This document shows positions 63,358 to 64,000 of a DNA stretch of 64,000 bases, in pieces. How positions within the stretch are numbered: position 1 is the first letter of the stretch; each line of letters opens with the position of its first letter. This DNA comes from Candidatus Bathyarchaeota archaeon (lineage in GTDB: Archaea; Thermoproteota; Bathyarchaeia; Bathyarchaeales; Bathycorpusculaceae). The stretch covers positions 256,001 through 320,000 of the forward strand of contig CAWABA010000006.1 in the NCBI GenBank assembly GCA_963780185.1. Direction: 5' to 3'. The position numbers and the translations under genes are program-made. The notes below the pieces were generated by a model that had not been told where the DNA came from, made no database searches, and saw only the letters and a program-made list of their open reading frames with translations.

Positions 63358-63720
63358 ATACTCAAGTTTTTAGCCGACGAAAATATTTCACCTCAAACCA
63401 TAACTCTTCTTAGAAAATTAGGGTTCGACGTTAAGGCAGTTGCCGAGACGACTTTGAAGGGTCACGAAGACGAAGAAATTGTGGACTTAGCGCAGGCTGA
63501 AAACCGAGTTATAATAACTCTGGACGTAGGTTTTGGCTCAATATATTACTTTTCAAAAAGAGGACAAGTCGGCATAATCTTGATACGAATACACCCCCCA
63601 ACAATCGAAGACGTAAATTTTATTCTTGGTGGCTTCCTAAGTAAAGTGGATTTAGAAAAGAAAGAACTTAATGCAAATCTAATAATTCTCAACCGAAAAA
63701 AATATCGTGTATTAAAATAG
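63358..63720 (+). CDS. DUF5615 PIN-like toxin (in frame directly after the DUF433 TAA; begins with ATA)
   Basis: ILKFLADENISPQT...GFDV...DEEI...RVIITLDVGFG...GIILIR. Confidence 0.88.
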   Translation: MLKFLADENISPQTITLLRKLGFDVKAVAETTLKGHEDEEIVDLAQAENRVIITLDVGFGSIYYFSKRGQVGIILIRIHPPTIEDVNFILGGFLSKVDLEKKELNANLIILNRKKYRVLK

Positions 63721-63832
63721 AATTTGAAAGTTTCTTCGATATTGCTGAGCTTGTTGATTAGGCTTTGTTTTTAGCCGAATAGCTTATCAATTGGGTTGAG
63801 TTCAAAACACAACAATAGACGAGGACAGGGTT

Positions 63833-64000
63833 ATGCGTCAGGTTGACATGGTAAGGCTTGACTTATCTGCGGGAAAAGCGGAGAAGACAAAGGATTTCGT
63901 TGCAGAAGAGGTTCCCCTGCAGATAACGCTAAACGGCGCCTACACGTTTGTGATTTGGTGCAGCCCCAGCCAATTCAAGGAGCTCGCCGTCGGCTACCTG
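63833..64000 (+). CDS. fdhD: Formate dehydrogenase accessory sulfurtransferase (3'-truncated by window)
   Basis: DFVAEEVPLQITLNG...CSPSQFKELAVGYL. Confidence 0.88.
   Translation, partial: MRQVDMVRLDLSAGKAEKTKDFVAEEVPLQITLNGAYTFVIWCSPSQFKELAVGYL

Overview
A 64-kb chromosomal window from an anaerobic TACK archaeon, most likely Bathyarchaeia. The clues are an unsplit RpoA'/A'' followed by rpl30e-nusA, fwdDBAC plus fdhD, AfpA, Nre, an archaeal ATP-dependent ligase, PadR pairs and S/T/P-linker surface proteins. Housekeeping genes (rpoA, lig, trmI, rsmB/NIP7, EF-2, two glnA, class II aldolase, tRNA-Asp) alternate with small accessory inserts: toxin-antitoxin pairs, a TetR plus methyltransferase pair, a CheBR-kinase fusion, surface proteins and a zinc-ribbon micro-ORF islet. 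Many genes carry single-base frameshifts, most simply explained as consensus errors. The most notable unexplained structures are: (1) two inserted cassettes, each bracketed by an intact gene end and a decayed, diverged copy of the same end (glnA 3' end; NimA-like gene 5' end); (2) a structured dispersed repeat of about 70-85 bp in three copies, downstream of glnA and EF-2; (3) an AAAGTCGCAA array upstream of EF-2; (4) an unannotated 28-aa acidic CxxCxCxxC peptide with its own promoter-like signal; (5) DUF5615 toxins and other genes lacking canonical start codons; (6) a Grs/Gms-like lipid-modifying radical SAM candidate; and (7) several operator-like inverted repeats. All product calls come from recognising motifs by eye; no searches were run.
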